From positions 102,578 to 166,577 of the forward strand of contig MFDN01000015.1 in the NCBI GenBank assembly GCA_001776935.1: a stretch of DNA of 64,000 bases, in the 5' to 3' direction. Below are positions 30,632 to 40,913 of this stretch, in pieces; the stretch's first letter is position 1, and every line of letters begins with the position of its first letter. Position numbers and translations under genes: made by a program. The notes beneath the pieces are model-generated. The model was not told the DNA's origin and did not search any database. It worked only from the letters and a program-made list of their open reading frames with translations. The DNA is from Candidatus Daviesbacteria bacterium RIFCSPLOWO2_01_FULL_39_23 (GTDB taxonomy: Bacteria > Patescibacteriota > Microgenomatia > Daviesbacterales > UBA10151).

Positions 30632-31195
30632 ATGAGCAGAATTGGAAATGCACCTATTATAATACCGTCCGGTGTGACTGTTGAAAAAAACGGCAGTACT
30701 GTTAGTGTGAATGGGCCAAAAGGCACCTTGTCGGTAGAATTGGATGCAAATATTTCCCTGGAGATTGAAGGGGATAAAATTATTGTTAAGAGAAAAAACG
30801 ATCTAAAGAAAGTTAAGGCCATGCACGGTTTGATAAGAAGTTTAATTGCCAATATGATAACAGGAGTAAACAGCCTTTGGAGTAAAGACTTGGAATTGGT
30901 TGGGGTTGGATTTAGAGCGCAGGCTCAAGGCAGTAAATTGGTACTTAATGTTGGTTTCTCGCACCCGGTAGAAATTGTGGCACCGGAAGGAATTTCTTTT
31001 GAAGTAGTAGATAATACCAAGATTAAGGTTTCGGGAATAGATAAGCAATTGGTCGGGCAAATTGCAGCCGATATTAAAAAGGTTAGAATTCCGGATGTGT
31101 ATAAAGGTAAAGGAATAAGGTATAAGGACGAATATATAAGGAAGAAAGTAGGAAAGAGCGCAAAGGTCGGAGCAACCGGAGCAGGAGGTAAGTAA
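30632..31195 (+). CDS. rplF: 50S ribosomal protein L6
   Basis: MSRIG..PI, GPKGTL, GVGFRA, PDVYKGKGIRY. Confidence 0.98.
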   Translation: MSRIGNAPIIIPSGVTVEKNGSTVSVNGPKGTLSVELDANISLEIEGDKIIVKRKNDLKKVKAMHGLIRSLIANMITGVNSLWSKDLELVGVGFRAQAQGSKLVLNVGFSHPVEIVAPEGISFEVVDNTKIKVSGIDKQLVGQIAADIKKVRIPDVYKGKGIRYKDEYIRKKVGKSAKVGATGAGGK

Positions 31196-31198
31196 ACT

Positions 31199-31534
31199 AT
31201 GAAAAGACAATCGAGAATAAGCAGACATAATAAAATAAGAAAAGAAGTTATAGGTACGAAAGACCGGCCCAGGTTATCTGTATTCCGTTCAAATCAGCAT
31301 ATATATGCTCAGATTATAGATGATGCTACCGGGAAAACATTAGCAGCGGCAGCAGACTTTAAAATGGAAAAAATACAAAAAAGTAAAAAGGCCTATGAGG
31401 TGGGAAAAGAATTGGCGAAAACTGCGCAAAAGCTCAAAATTAAAAAAGTGGTATTTGACAGAGGTGGATTTTTATATCATGGCAGAGTGGCAGAGCTTGC
31501 AAAAGGCGCAAGAGAAGGAGGATTAGAATTTTAA
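31199..31534 (+). CDS. rplR: 50S ribosomal protein L18
   Basis: [32 protein letters not shown]. Confidence 0.98.
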   Translation: MKRQSRISRHNKIRKEVIGTKDRPRLSVFRSNQHIYAQIIDDATGKTLAAAADFKMEKIQKSKKAYEVGKELAKTAQKLKIKKVVFDRGGFLYHGRVAELAKGAREGGLEF

Positions 31535-31546
31535 TCTAAATAATTT

Positions 31547-32038
31547 ATGAATAATAGAAATAGAAGACCAGAGCATAAAATGGAGCAACCCGGCGGAGAA
31601 GAATTTTTTGAACGGGTTGTTAAAGTAAACCGCGTTTCCAAAAAAACAAAAGGCGGAGATAAAAGATCCCTATCTGTTTTGGTAGTGGTTGGAGATAAAA
31701 AAGGTAAAGTGGGGGTAGGTTTAGGCAAGGCTGTTGAAGTTCAGTCTGCTGTTAGAAAAGCTACGTCTTATGCACGAAAGCATTTAATTGAGGTATCCTT
31801 AAAAGGCAGAACCATACCTCATCAGGTGTTCGTTAAAAGCGGAGCAGCAAAAGTGCTTTTAAAGCCGGCGCCGCTGGGGACCGGTGTGATTGCAGGCGGA
31901 GCAATAAGGATAGTAGCTGAAGCAGCAGGCATTCATGATATTGTTGCTAAGATCTTAGGCACCAAAAATCAGGCATCGAATGTTTATGCAACACTTGAAG
32001 CGTTAGGGAAACTTAAAAATGTAAATGGAGGCAAATAA
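31547..32038 (+). CDS. rpsE: 30S ribosomal protein S5
   Basis: VNRVSKKTKGG, VVVGDKKGKVG, PAPLGTGVIAGG. Confidence 0.98.
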   Translation: MNNRNRRPEHKMEQPGGEEFFERVVKVNRVSKKTKGGDKRSLSVLVVVGDKKGKVGVGLGKAVEVQSAVRKATSYARKHLIEVSLKGRTIPHQVFVKSGAAKVLLKPAPLGTGVIAGGAIRIVAEAAGIHDIVAKILGTKNQASNVYATLEALGKLKNVNGGK

Positions 32039-32045
32039 GCTTAAT

Positions 32046-32480
32046 ATGAAATTGAATGAACTAATAAAAATTAATGCCCGGTCTAATAAGCGGTTAGGGC
32101 GCGGAGTGGGGTCGGGTAAAGGAAAGACTGCAGGACGGGGCACCAAGGGGCAAAAGGCCAGAGGTAAAATCCCGGCCACTTTTACCGGCAGTCTTGCTTT
32201 CTTTAAAAAATTACCTCTAAAAAGAGGAAAAGGAAATTTGAATCTGTCAGAAAAAATTAAAGTAATAAATCTTTCACAGCTTACCGGTTTTAAAGCAAAA
32301 GAAATTGTGGATACAGAGAAGCTTATCCTGGCAAAAATTATTTCAAAAAAAGATGCCAAAAAAGGAGTGAAGGTTTTGGGAGGCGGAGACATAGAGACTG
32401 CATTAATTATTAAACTTTCCGTCTCCGATGCTGCCCGCAAGAAGATCGAAAAAGTGGGCGGAAAGGTTATGGATGCCTAG
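32046..32480 (+). CDS. rplO: 50S ribosomal protein L15
   Basis: [25 protein letters not shown]; follows rpsE directly, with no rpmD between them. Confidence 0.97.
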   Translation: MKLNELIKINARSNKRLGRGVGSGKGKTAGRGTKGQKARGKIPATFTGSLAFFKKLPLKRGKGNLNLSEKIKVINLSQLTGFKAKEIVDTEKLILAKIISKKDAKKGVKVLGGGDIETALIIKLSVSDAARKKIEKVGGKVMDA

Positions 32481-33765
32481 TATATTGTCCCCGATTATTA
32501 GTGCGTTTAAGATTAAAGAACTTCGAAGAAAAATCATTATCACAACAATATTGGTAATAATTTTTAGAATTTCTGCGCATATTCCCGTTTCTGGAGTAGA
32601 TTTACAAGGACTCCAGCAGCTTTTTTCCTCCAATCAATTCCTGGGACTTTTAGACATTTTCTCCGGCGGAACTTTAGCCAATTTTTCCATTATTTCTCTT
32701 GGCCTTAATCCTTATATTAATGCCTCAATAATATTTCAATTATTAACAATGATAAGTCCTAAGCTGGAGGCTTTATCTAAAGAAGGTGAGACGGGCAGGC
32801 AAATGATAAATCAGTATACAAGATACTTAACCGTACCCCTTGCAATATTGCAGTCAATTGGAATGTTTGTGCTCTTAAAAAACCAGGGAATAATTACTCA
32901 GACATCTCCACTGCAGATAGCTTCTATTATTGTTGGAATGACTGCCGGGACAATTTTTTTGATGTGGATTGGAGAATTGATTACAGAATACGGTATTGGC
33001 AACGGTATATCGCTGTTAATTTTTGCAGGGATTGTTTCGCGTGTTCCGGTAGTGTTGACACAGACCGTTTCCGTCGTAGACCAAACACAGATTATCAATA
33101 TTCTTCTCTTTCTGATTCTGGGGATATTAACTGTGGCAGGAGTAGTTTTTATTAATGAAGGAAGAAGGCAGATAGCTGTGGCGTATGCCAGAAGGTTTGC
33201 AAACGGTAAAGGCTCAGACAGCGGCGCTCAGACTTACTTGCCTCTGCGAGTTAATCAAGCAGGAGTTATCCCTATAATTTTTGCCGTTTCTTTAGTATTG
33301 GTTCCCTCTTTTGCAGGTTCTTATCTTGCAGGATTGCCTAATCCGGGGTTAGCGTCTATAGGCAGGCTCTTGGCGGCGAATTTCAATCCGGGAAGTCTTG
33401 TTTATAACCTGGTTTATTTTATTTTGGTGGTAGGTTTCACCTTTTTCTATACTGCTGTGATATTTAATCCTACTAAAGTTGCAGAAGAAATTAAAAAATA
33501 CGGAGGATTTATTCCGGGGATACGCCCGGGTGTTCAGACAGCGGCCTTTCTAAATTATATTATGGTTAGAATTACTTTAGCAGGAGCATTATTTTTAGGT
33601 GCAATTGCGGTTTTACCTTCGCTTGCCTCCTCTGTAACAGGGATTCAGACTTTAATCATAGGAGGAACAGGGCTTTTAATCGTAGTCTCAGTCATTTTGG
33701 ATACTGCTAAACAATTTGAAAGTAAACTGATAGAGCGAAGTTATGATGTGTTTGCAAGAAAATAA
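32473..33765 (+). CDS. secY: Preprotein translocase subunit SecY
   Basis: [45 protein letters not shown]. Confidence 0.98.
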   Translation: MPSILSPIISAFKIKELRRKIIITTILVIIFRISAHIPVSGVDLQGLQQLFSSNQFLGLLDIFSGGTLANFSIISLGLNPYINASIIFQLLTMISPKLEALSKEGETGRQMINQYTRYLTVPLAILQSIGMFVLLKNQGIITQTSPLQIASIIVGMTAGTIFLMWIGELITEYGIGNGISLLIFAGIVSRVPVVLTQTVSVVDQTQIINILLFLILGILTVAGVVFINEGRRQIAVAYARRFANGKGSDSGAQTYLPLRVNQAGVIPIIFAVSLVLVPSFAGSYLAGLPNPGLASIGRLLAANFNPGSLVYNLVYFILVVGFTFFYTAVIFNPTKVAEEIKKYGGFIPGIRPGVQTAAFLNYIMVRITLAGALFLGAIAVLPSLASSVTGIQTLIIGGTGLLIVVSVILDTAKQFESKLIERSYDVFARK

Positions 33766-33773
33766 AAAATATT

Positions 33774-34298
33774 ATGAAAATATTACTAATTGGACCGCAG
33801 GGATCAGGTAAATCAACACAGGCAGAACTTCTTGCCCAGCATTTGGGTCTGTCAAAAATTTCCACAGGAGATATTTTCAGAGAGTTGTCAAAAGAAAACT
33901 CAGAAGAGGGTATGCGGATAAGGCAAATTGCAAATGAAGGAAAATTAGTTGATGATGAAACAACGGCAAAGATTGTGGAACAAAGACTTAAAAAGGAAGA
34001 CTCAAGTAATGGATTTATTTTAGACGGCTATCCGAGGAATATAAGGCAAAAACAAATTTTTGATCCTGGTTTTGATAAAGTTATTTTTCTTAAAGTTTCT
34101 GATGAAGAAGTTATTAAAAGGCTTACAGCAAGAGGACGGGCAGACGATAGTCCGGAGGCAATTAAAACCCGTCTAAATTTATATTACGGGCAAACTGTAC
34201 CGCTTTTAGATGATTATAAAAATAAGGGGTTATTGATTGAGATAGATGGTGCCGGCAGTATCGAAGATGTTCAAAATGAAATTCGGAAAGCATTTTAA
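33774..34298 (+). CDS. adk: Adenylate kinase (short LID)
   Basis: GPQGSGKSTQA, ISTGDIFR, GFILDGYPR, RGRADD. Confidence 0.95.
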   Translation: MKILLIGPQGSGKSTQAELLAQHLGLSKISTGDIFRELSKENSEEGMRIRQIANEGKLVDDETTAKIVEQRLKKEDSSNGFILDGYPRNIRQKQIFDPGFDKVIFLKVSDEEVIKRLTARGRADDSPEAIKTRLNLYYGQTVPLLDDYKNKGLLIEIDGAGSIEDVQNEIRKAF

Positions 34299-34333
34299 AA
34301 TATACTTTCCGGAGGAATTTATTTTAATCAATT

Positions 34334-35083
34334 ATGAAGGTGAGAAATGTTTATGAGCAGGGGTTGATGAGGAAGTCTGGGGTGATTGCCGCAAAAGCCC
34401 TTAAACGCGCCATAGAGGCGATTAAGGTTGGCGTTAGCGAGATTGAGGTGGATAAAGAAGTTTGTGAAGAAATTTACAGATTGGGCGGGGATTTATCTTA
34501 TAAAACCGTTCCGGGATATAAATATGCAACATGTATTACAGTAAATGAACAAGTGGTGCATGGTATACCTACCGGCAGAAAGTTTGAGGATGGTGATTTA
34601 GTAAGCGTAGATTTGGCAGTCATGTATAAGGGTTGGCACACGGATTGCGCCTGGAGCATATTAGTCGGTAAAGATCCGCAGAAGGAAAGGTTTTTGCAAA
34701 TTGGAGAACAGGCTTTATGGGAAGGGATAAAACAGGCCATTGATAATAATAGGGTTGGGGATATATCATATGCTATTCAAACAGAAGTTGAAAAGGGCGG
34801 GTATCAAGTAGTCAGAAGTTTGGTAGGTCATGGAGTAGGCAGGAAATTGCATGAAGAACCGGAAATACCGGGCTTTGGTACAAAAGGCGCGGGACCTCTT
34901 TTGAAAAGAGGCAATACGCTGGCAATTGAAGTAATTTATACGCAAGGGGGGAAAGATGTAGTTTTAGATACAGATGGGTGGACTTTTAAAACAGCGGATG
35001 ACTCATGGGGAGGGCTTTTTGAGATGAGCGTGATTGTAGATAAACAGAAAGCTGAGATCTTAACAGACTGGCGAAATGTTTAA
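34334..35083 (+). CDS. map: Methionine aminopeptidase type I
   Basis: VNEQVVHGIP, SVD...GWHTD, GHGVG..LHEEP. Confidence 0.96.
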   Translation: MKVRNVYEQGLMRKSGVIAAKALKRAIEAIKVGVSEIEVDKEVCEEIYRLGGDLSYKTVPGYKYATCITVNEQVVHGIPTGRKFEDGDLVSVDLAVMYKGWHTDCAWSILVGKDPQKERFLQIGEQALWEGIKQAIDNNRVGDISYAIQTEVEKGGYQVVRSLVGHGVGRKLHEEPEIPGFGTKGAGPLLKRGNTLAIEVIYTQGGKDVVLDTDGWTFKTADDSWGGLFEMSVIVDKQKAEILTDWRNV

Positions 35084-35095
35084 CCCCATAGTGGG

Positions 35096-35124
35096 TTGAC
35101 GGTTTGTGCGTAATCTGCTAAAAT
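35096..35124 (+). promoter_or_regulatory. Promoter for infA-rpmJ-alpha operon
   Basis: TTGACG, 17 nt, TAAAAT with an extended TGn. Confidence 0.65.
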
Positions 35125-35140
35125 CGATTGATTGATTAAT

Positions 35141-35413
35141 ATGATGAATACAAATAAGTTTGCTGCCGGCGTGATAAAGGATGTTATTGAAGTAGAAGGA
35201 AAGGTTAGGGAGGTGTTGCCGAATACTTTATTTAGGGTTGAAATTGATAGAAGTGTTTCGGTGCCCGAGTTGATTGGAAGGATTATTTTGTGTCATATTT
35301 CGGGAAAAATGAGAATGCATTACATCAGGCTTTTGGAAGGCGATCGGGTGAAGATTGAAATGAGTCCAAAATATGATTTGGATAAGGGAAGGATAACGTT
35401 TAGACTAAAATAA
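35141..35413 (+). CDS. infA: Translation initiation factor IF-1
   Basis: [34 protein letters not shown]. Confidence 0.96.
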   Translation: MMNTNKFAAGVIKDVIEVEGKVREVLPNTLFRVEIDRSVSVPELIGRIILCHISGKMRMHYIRLLEGDRVKIEMSPKYDLDKGRITFRLK

Positions 35414-35460
35414 TTGTTATTAACAATTATAACAGTTATAAACATTATAAAAAGTATAGT

Positions 35461-35577
35461 ATGAAAGTACAAGCAAGTATAAAAGCACGTTGTAAATTTT
35501 GTAAAGTCGTTAAACGCGAGGGTATGTTGTATATTATTTGCTCTCGTGACCCGAGACATAAACAAAAACAAGGATAA
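35461..35577 (+). CDS. rpmJ: 50S ribosomal protein L36 (absent from the ORF track)
   Basis: Hand translation: [38 protein letters not shown]. Confidence 0.97.
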   Translation: MKVQASIKARCKFCKVVKREGMLYIICSRDPRHKQKQG

Positions 35578-35587
35578 AAATAAAAAT

Positions 35588-36001
35588 ATGGCACGTATTG
35601 CTGGTGTTGATCTGCCGGAAAATAAAAGAGTTGATATTGGATTAACTTATATCTTTGGTATCGGTCGTTCAAATGTGGCCAAAGTTATAAAAGTTGCACA
35701 AGTGGCACCGGATAAGAGGATTAAGGATTTAACTGAGGAGGAGATTGGTAAATTGCAAAAAAGCGTTGAGCAGTTTAAGGTAGAAGGAGATCTTAGGCAG
35801 GAAATTGAACAAAACATAAAAAGACTTGAGGAGATTGGAAGCTATAGAGGTACAAGACATAGAAAAGGACTGCCCTCAAGAGGACAGAGAACTAGAAGCA
35901 ATGCAAGAACTAAACGGGGTAAGAGAAAAACTGTTGGTACTGTCAGGAAAGAAGTTGTTGCAAAGACTGGCGGAGAAACCGGAGGAGAAGCTAAGAAATG
36001 A
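35588..36001 (+). CDS. rpsM: 30S ribosomal protein S13
   Basis: [33 protein letters not shown]. Confidence 0.98.
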   Translation: MARIAGVDLPENKRVDIGLTYIFGIGRSNVAKVIKVAQVAPDKRIKDLTEEEIGKLQKSVEQFKVEGDLRQEIEQNIKRLEEIGSYRGTRHRKGLPSRGQRTRSNARTKRGKRKTVGTVRKEVVAKTGGETGGEAKK

Positions 36002-36393
36002 CAAAAAAACAGATAAAAACTAAAGTGATAAAAAAAGTGGAAAAAAGGGTCACAAGCGGCAGAGTATATGTTACTGCGACTTTTAATAATACTCTCGTTA
36101 CTTTAACAGATATCTCTGGTAATGCTTTGGCTTGGGGCACTTCCGGAACAGCAGGTTTTAAAGGGGCTAGGCGCGCAACGCCGTATGCCGCTATTTCTGC
36201 TATGGAAAAAGTTACACAAAAAGCCAAAGGTTTTGGAATGAATACAGTCGAAGTATATATTAAAGGTCCTGGCTCAGGGAGAGACGCTACAATTAAGGCA
36301 CTCCGGAGCGCAGGAATAAATATCACTATGATTGCCGATGTAACGCCGATACCGCACAATGGCCCCAGACCTAAAAAAAGGAGGAGGGTTTAA
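35998..36393 (+). CDS. rpsK: 30S ribosomal protein S11
   Basis: [33 protein letters not shown]. Confidence 0.98.
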   Translation: MTKKQIKTKVIKKVEKRVTSGRVYVTATFNNTLVTLTDISGNALAWGTSGTAGFKGARRATPYAAISAMEKVTQKAKGFGMNTVEVYIKGPGSGRDATIKALRSAGINITMIADVTPIPHNGPRPKKRRRV

Positions 36394-36995
36394 TGGCAAG
36401 ATATACAGGACCTAAACGTAGGTTATCCAGAAGAGAGGGTTTTGCTCTTTTTGCCAAAGATGCAAAGGCTTTAGAGAAAAAAGGAGCAGTACCGCCAGGA
36501 CAGCACGGAATTGGCAGAAGAAGACGGATATCGGAATATGGTGTACAACTTAGGGAAAAACAAAAAGCTAAAAGAATTTTCGGGTTACTGGAAAAACAAT
36601 TCAAGCGATACTTTGAGCAAGCCTCTAAAGTAAAAGGTGCAACTGGGCTTGCATTGCTTCAGGTTTTAGAAACCCGGCTAGATAATGTAGTTTATCGTTT
36701 AGGTTTTGCCAAGAGCCGGGATGGCGCAAGACAATTGGTTAGTCATGGACATATTAAAGTAGATGATAAAAAAGTGGCTATTCCTTCTTATCAAGTGGGC
36801 ATAAATCAAACTATTGCAATCTCAGACAAATTAAGAGATAATACTCAGATCAAAAAGAGTTTAGAGGAATCTGAAACCTTGCCGGAGTGGCTTGAAAAAC
36901 GCGCCACAGTGGGCAAGGTTTTAAGAAATCCTGCTAGAGAAGAAATGGAGCAGTCGATTGACGAACAACTTATCGTAGAGTTTTATTCTAGATAA
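36393..36995 (+). CDS. rpsD: 30S ribosomal protein S4
   Basis: MARYTGP, PPGQHG, QLREKQK, LETRLDNVVYR, IVEFYSR. Confidence 0.98.
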   Translation: MARYTGPKRRLSRREGFALFAKDAKALEKKGAVPPGQHGIGRRRRISEYGVQLREKQKAKRIFGLLEKQFKRYFEQASKVKGATGLALLQVLETRLDNVVYRLGFAKSRDGARQLVSHGHIKVDDKKVAIPSYQVGINQTIAISDKLRDNTQIKKSLEESETLPEWLEKRATVGKVLRNPAREEMEQSIDEQLIVEFYSR

Positions 36996-37013
36996 TTTGT
37001 TAAAATTTATATT

Positions 37014-37919
37014 ATGTTTAAAATTAAAACAGAACAAGAGTCAGAAAATTTTGCCCGTATTGCTATTGAACCACTTGAGGTGGGTTTTGGTCACACCTTA
37101 GGAAACAGTTTAAGACGGGTGCTTTTAACTTCTCTGCCGGGCGCTGCTGTAACTTCCATTAAAATTGATGGAATTTCTCATAGATTTTCAACAATAGACG
37201 GAGTGTTGGAAGATGTTATTGAAATTATTTTAAATATTAAAAAGATTCGTTTAAATGTTAATTCTGAAAAAGGAATTAAATTGATTCTTAAAGCATCTGG
37301 CAAGAAAGAAGTTAAGGCCTCAGATCTACAATTAGAAGGTGATGGAGAGATTGTAAATGGCGATCAATGCATTGCAACTTTAACAGATGCAAAATCCAAA
37401 CTTAATATAGAAATGGAAGCTCATGCAGGTAAAGGATACTCAACTGCAGATGAGAGAAAAGGAAGTGAAATTGGAGTGATTGCAGTAGATGCTTTATTCA
37501 GCCCGGTGGTATCAGTCAATTACGGCGTTGAACCAACCCGTGTGGGGCGGAGAACGGACTTTGATAAACTAATGCTAGATGTGACAACGGACGGGACAAT
37601 AACTCCGGTTGAGGCTATGAATTCAGCTGCAAAAATTTTGTCAGAAACTTTCCGTAAAGTCTACGAACCAGATCTTGCAGAAGAGGTAGTAGAAGGGGAA
37701 TCCAAAATCTCCGACGAAGTTTTGAAATTGACTATTGAAGAACTTGATTTGCCTGTAAGAATTACTAATGCTTTAAAGGCGATAGAAATTAATACAATTG
37801 AAGATTTATTGAGTACTCAAAGACAACATCTTTTAAAAGCTAAAAACTTAGGTGTTAAGTCTATAAATTTGATATCGGAGAAGTTAGCTGAGAGGGGGTT
37901 GTCTTTGGGTGAGGCATAG
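37014..37919 (+). CDS. rpoA: RNA polymerase alpha subunit
   Basis: EPLEVGFGHTLGNSLRRVLL, DALFSPV, TRVGRRTDFDKL; alpha-CTD present. Confidence 0.98.
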   Translation: MFKIKTEQESENFARIAIEPLEVGFGHTLGNSLRRVLLTSLPGAAVTSIKIDGISHRFSTIDGVLEDVIEIILNIKKIRLNVNSEKGIKLILKASGKKEVKASDLQLEGDGEIVNGDQCIATLTDAKSKLNIEMEAHAGKGYSTADERKGSEIGVIAVDALFSPVVSVNYGVEPTRVGRRTDFDKLMLDVTTDGTITPVEAMNSAAKILSETFRKVYEPDLAEEVVEGESKISDEVLKLTIEELDLPVRITNALKAIEINTIEDLLSTQRQHLLKAKNLGVKSINLISEKLAERGLSLGEA

Positions 37920-38418
37920 AGTTTATGGTAAGCACTTCGGAAGAAATATAGATGAGCGCAAAAGTCTTTTTAAAGGACTTGTGCATTCTTTGATTATTTC
38001 CGGTACTATTTTGACTTCTGAGACAAAAGCCAAAGCGGTTAAAGGATTAATCGATAAGGTGATTAATTTGGCAAAAAATAAGAAAGCAGAAAATAGATTT
38101 CAATCTTTCCTAACTGATAAAACTTTACAAGAGAGATTAATAGGGGAGATTATCCCAAAGCTGGGAACAAGAACCTCAGGATATACCCGTACGGTAAGAA
38201 TAGGACCACGCTTAGGAGATCAAACAACTATGGTTAAGATGAGCCTGATTGGGACAGAAGATTTAAAGCCTTTTGACAAAATGTCAAGTGTCAAGAGACC
38301 AGAGTCAAGCAAAAAAGAAGTTAAAAAAGATACTGTAGAATTGAAACAAAAAATAAGCAAACCGGTTAAAAAAACAAGAATAACCAAGAACGCTAAAAAA
38401 GGAGTAATAAAATCCTAG
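37909..38418 (+). CDS. rplQ: 50S ribosomal protein L17 (Lys-rich C-terminal extension)
   Basis: MRHR..G..FGR, TSETKAK, RTSGYTR, R.GD; GTG start. Confidence 0.96.
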   Translation: MRHRVYGKHFGRNIDERKSLFKGLVHSLIISGTILTSETKAKAVKGLIDKVINLAKNKKAENRFQSFLTDKTLQERLIGEIIPKLGTRTSGYTRTVRIGPRLGDQTTMVKMSLIGTEDLKPFDKMSSVKRPESSKKEVKKDTVELKQKISKPVKKTRITKNAKKGVIKS

Positions 38419-38449
38419 TCTCTAGATTCTAGCGACTGGCCACTTATTT

Positions 38450-38845
38450 ATGGGCACCAATAAATTATCAGCAAAAGATATTAAGCGGGAAAAGCATATT
38501 GTAGATGCAAGCGGAAAAGTATTAGGAAGGCTTGCAACAGAGATAGCAACTATGCTGATGGGGAAAAATAAGCCGCAATTTGTTCCTTACTTAGACACGG
38601 GAGATTCGGTTGTGGTGACCAATGCCAGCAAAGTTAAGGTGACAGGTAAAAAATCAAAAGTAAAAACTTATACCCGTCACTCCGGATACCCAGGCGGACT
38701 GAAAGTGGAAACTTTCGATAAAATGATTGTCCGGAAGCCGGAATATGTGATAGAGCATGCAGTAAAAGGCATGCTTCCTCAAACAAAATTGGGCAGGCAA
38801 ATGATAAAAAAGCTTAAAGTTTTTTCCGGCGAGGAGACCAAATGA
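38450..38845 (+). CDS. rplM: 50S ribosomal protein L13
   Basis: [36 protein letters not shown]. Confidence 0.98.
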   Translation: MGTNKLSAKDIKREKHIVDASGKVLGRLATEIATMLMGKNKPQFVPYLDTGDSVVVTNASKVKVTGKKSKVKTYTRHSGYPGGLKVETFDKMIVRKPEYVIEHAVKGMLPQTKLGRQMIKKLKVFSGEETK

Positions 38846-39237
38846 CACAAACCGCAACAAATGTAGTAGGTAGAAGAAAAGAATCAAAAGCTCGTGTAAG
38901 AGTAAATCCTGGTAATGGACAGATGACGGTTAATGGTAAACCAATTGTAGAGTATTTCAGCGGACCTATAATGCAGAGAATTTATTCCAGACCTTTAGAA
39001 ATTACTAAATCGGCAGGCAAATACGCAATCTCTATAAAAGTTGAAGGCGGGGGTAAAGTCTCGCAACTCGGAGCAGTTGTTCACGGGATAGCAAGGGTTT
39101 TAGCAAAAACAGATCCATCTTTGCGGACTATCCTAAAAAAAGAAGGTTTTCTTACCCGTGATGCCAGGGCCAAAGAACGAAGAAAATACGGCAATGCCCA
39201 AAAAGCCCGAGCCAAGAAGCAGTCCCCAAAGAGGTAA
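38842..39237 (+). CDS. rpsI: 30S ribosomal protein S9
   Basis: [29 protein letters not shown]. Confidence 0.98.
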   Translation: MTQTATNVVGRRKESKARVRVNPGNGQMTVNGKPIVEYFSGPIMQRIYSRPLEITKSAGKYAISIKVEGGGKVSQLGAVVHGIARVLAKTDPSLRTILKKEGFLTRDARAKERRKYGNAQKARAKKQSPKR

Positions 39238-39317
39238 TTTCTATTTACATTTTGAAAAACCTGGGCAGTTGAATTTAATTTAAAAATTCTGTATAGTAAA
39301 AACTCTCCGCCAAGATT

Positions 39318-40712
39318 ATGCCAATACTTAAAAAAACAATGTTTCGCGAATACGACATGCGCGGTCGCGAAGCAGACGATGAACTTAACGATGAATCAAT
39401 GTACCATGTCGGCAGAGGGTTTGGCACCTTCCTTATTAAAAGGGGTGTCACAGAAGCGGTTGTTGGTCATGATGCAAGAGCTACATCTGAAAGCTTTCAT
39501 GCAAATGTGATCAAAGGTTTAATAGAATGCGGTGTTAATGTAATTGATATAGGAATAATTACCACCCCAATGGGCTATTGGGCGCAATATTACTTAAAAG
39601 TTAAAGGCTTAGTCACAGTTACTGCTTCTCATAATCCGGTTGGATGGAACGGCGTTAAACTCGGTTCAGATCTTTCCTATACTTTGCTTACTGATGATCT
39701 GCAGGAAGTCTACAACATAATTGCAAAAGAAGATTATGTTAATGGTAAAGGTACAATCAAAAAAGAAAATATTTTAGAAGCCTATATGAAAGATCTTCTT
39801 TCCCGGACAAAAATTACTAAAAAATTTAAAATACTGATTAATACCGGCAATGGTACAGCTGGGATAGTGGAACCGGAAATATTTAGAAGAGCCGGATGTG
39901 AGGTGATTGAGCATTTTACCAATATAGATCCAACTTATCCTAATTACACTGCAAATCCTGATGGAACCGCTATGATGGAAGATACAGGGGAGCAAACTGT
40001 TGCAAATGAGTGTGATTTAGGATTTGCCTTTGACGGGGATGGAGACAGGTTGGGTCTGGTTGATGAAAAGGGACAAACAATCTGGCCGGACAGGTATATC
40101 ATTTTACTTGGCCGTTTAGTTCTTTCAAAAGAGCCCGGAGCCAAGATTATTTTTGATGTGAAAGTATCAGAGGCTTTACCTGAAGATATTAGAGCGCACG
40201 GCGGAACGCCAATTATGTGGAAAACGGGTCATTCACATATTAAAGCTAAAATGCTTGAGGAAAAAGCTGCTATGGCAGGAGAGATGAGTGGACATGTATT
40301 TTTTAAACAGGATTTTTATGGTTTTGATGATGCGACTTTTGCGGCTTTGAAATTACTTGAGTATTTATCAGCACAAGAAGAATCATTATCTGGAGTTATC
40401 GCTACAACGCCTTATTATGTTTCAACTCCAACAATTCAAGTGAAGGCTACTGATGAAGATAAATATGAGGTGGTGAAAGAGTTGACTGAGGAATTTAAAA
40501 AGGATAATTACAAGGTCATAGATATTAATGGGGCAAGGGTTTACACCAGGAATGGTTGGGGATTGGTCCGGGCCTCCTCTAATACTCCTACTTTAGTTTT
40601 AAGATTTGAAGCCAAAACACAAGAAGATTTAGAAAAAATCCAAAAAATATTTAAAGATAAACTGGATAAATTTCCTGTTGTTTCAAAGGAATGGGATAGC
40701 AGTGGTCATTAA
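39318..40712 (+). CDS. Phosphomannomutase/phosphoglucomutase
   Basis: FREYDMRG, TASHNP, DGDGDR, GEMSGH, RASSNT. Confidence 0.95.
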   Translation: MPILKKTMFREYDMRGREADDELNDESMYHVGRGFGTFLIKRGVTEAVVGHDARATSESFHANVIKGLIECGVNVIDIGIITTPMGYWAQYYLKVKGLVTVTASHNPVGWNGVKLGSDLSYTLLTDDLQEVYNIIAKEDYVNGKGTIKKENILEAYMKDLLSRTKITKKFKILINTGNGTAGIVEPEIFRRAGCEVIEHFTNIDPTYPNYTANPDGTAMMEDTGEQTVANECDLGFAFDGDGDRLGLVDEKGQTIWPDRYIILLGRLVLSKEPGAKIIFDVKVSEALPEDIRAHGGTPIMWKTGHSHIKAKMLEEKAAMAGEMSGHVFFKQDFYGFDDATFAALKLLEYLSAQEESLSGVIATTPYYVSTPTIQVKATDEDKYEVVKELTEEFKKDNYKVIDINGARVYTRNGWGLVRASSNTPTLVLRFEAKTQEDLEKIQKIFKDKLDKFPVVSKEWDSSGH

Positions 40713-40761
40713 ACGTTTTTGAGGACTTGCCAAAGTAGGCAAGTTATGGTTTACTAGAGAA

Positions 40762-40839
40762 TACATCAAGAGAGCCGCCCCAGGAGGCGAGCCGGCAACC
40801 TTAAAGCCTAAGGTGCCAGATCCGAGAGAGGATGATGTG
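40762..40839 (+). ncRNA. SAM riboswitch (SAM-I clan, compact SAM-I/IV-like) upstream of metK
   Basis: ACATCAAGAG...GGCAACC...AGGTGCC...TGATGT core with P1 ACATCA/TGATGT; lies directly upstream of metK with a terminator in between. Confidence 0.85.
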
Positions 40840-40881
40840 GCCTGAGTCCTGAGCTTGTCGAAGGATCGAAGGCAAACTTTT

Positions 40882-40907
40882 AACCTCTCGTCTTGAGAGG
40901 TTTTTTT
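40882..40907 (+). terminator. Riboswitch-controlled intrinsic terminator
   Basis: AACCTCTC-GTCTT-GAGAGGTT-TTTTT, ending 6 nt before the metK ATG. Confidence 0.8.
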
Positions 40908-40913
40908 AAACAT

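Noticed and set aside
35414-35460. Degenerate 9-bp repeats (TTATAACAG/TTATAAACA) between infA and rpmJ, and 8-9 bp repeats near 58890-58945
   Set aside because: They are short, AT-rich and degenerate, so they cannot be told apart from low-complexity sequence by eye.
8602-38887. Numerous 60-160 aa ORFs antisense or out of frame within rpoBC, fusA, tuf and ribosomal genes
   Set aside because: They overlap highly conserved genes and lack independent motifs, so they are treated as shadow ORFs.
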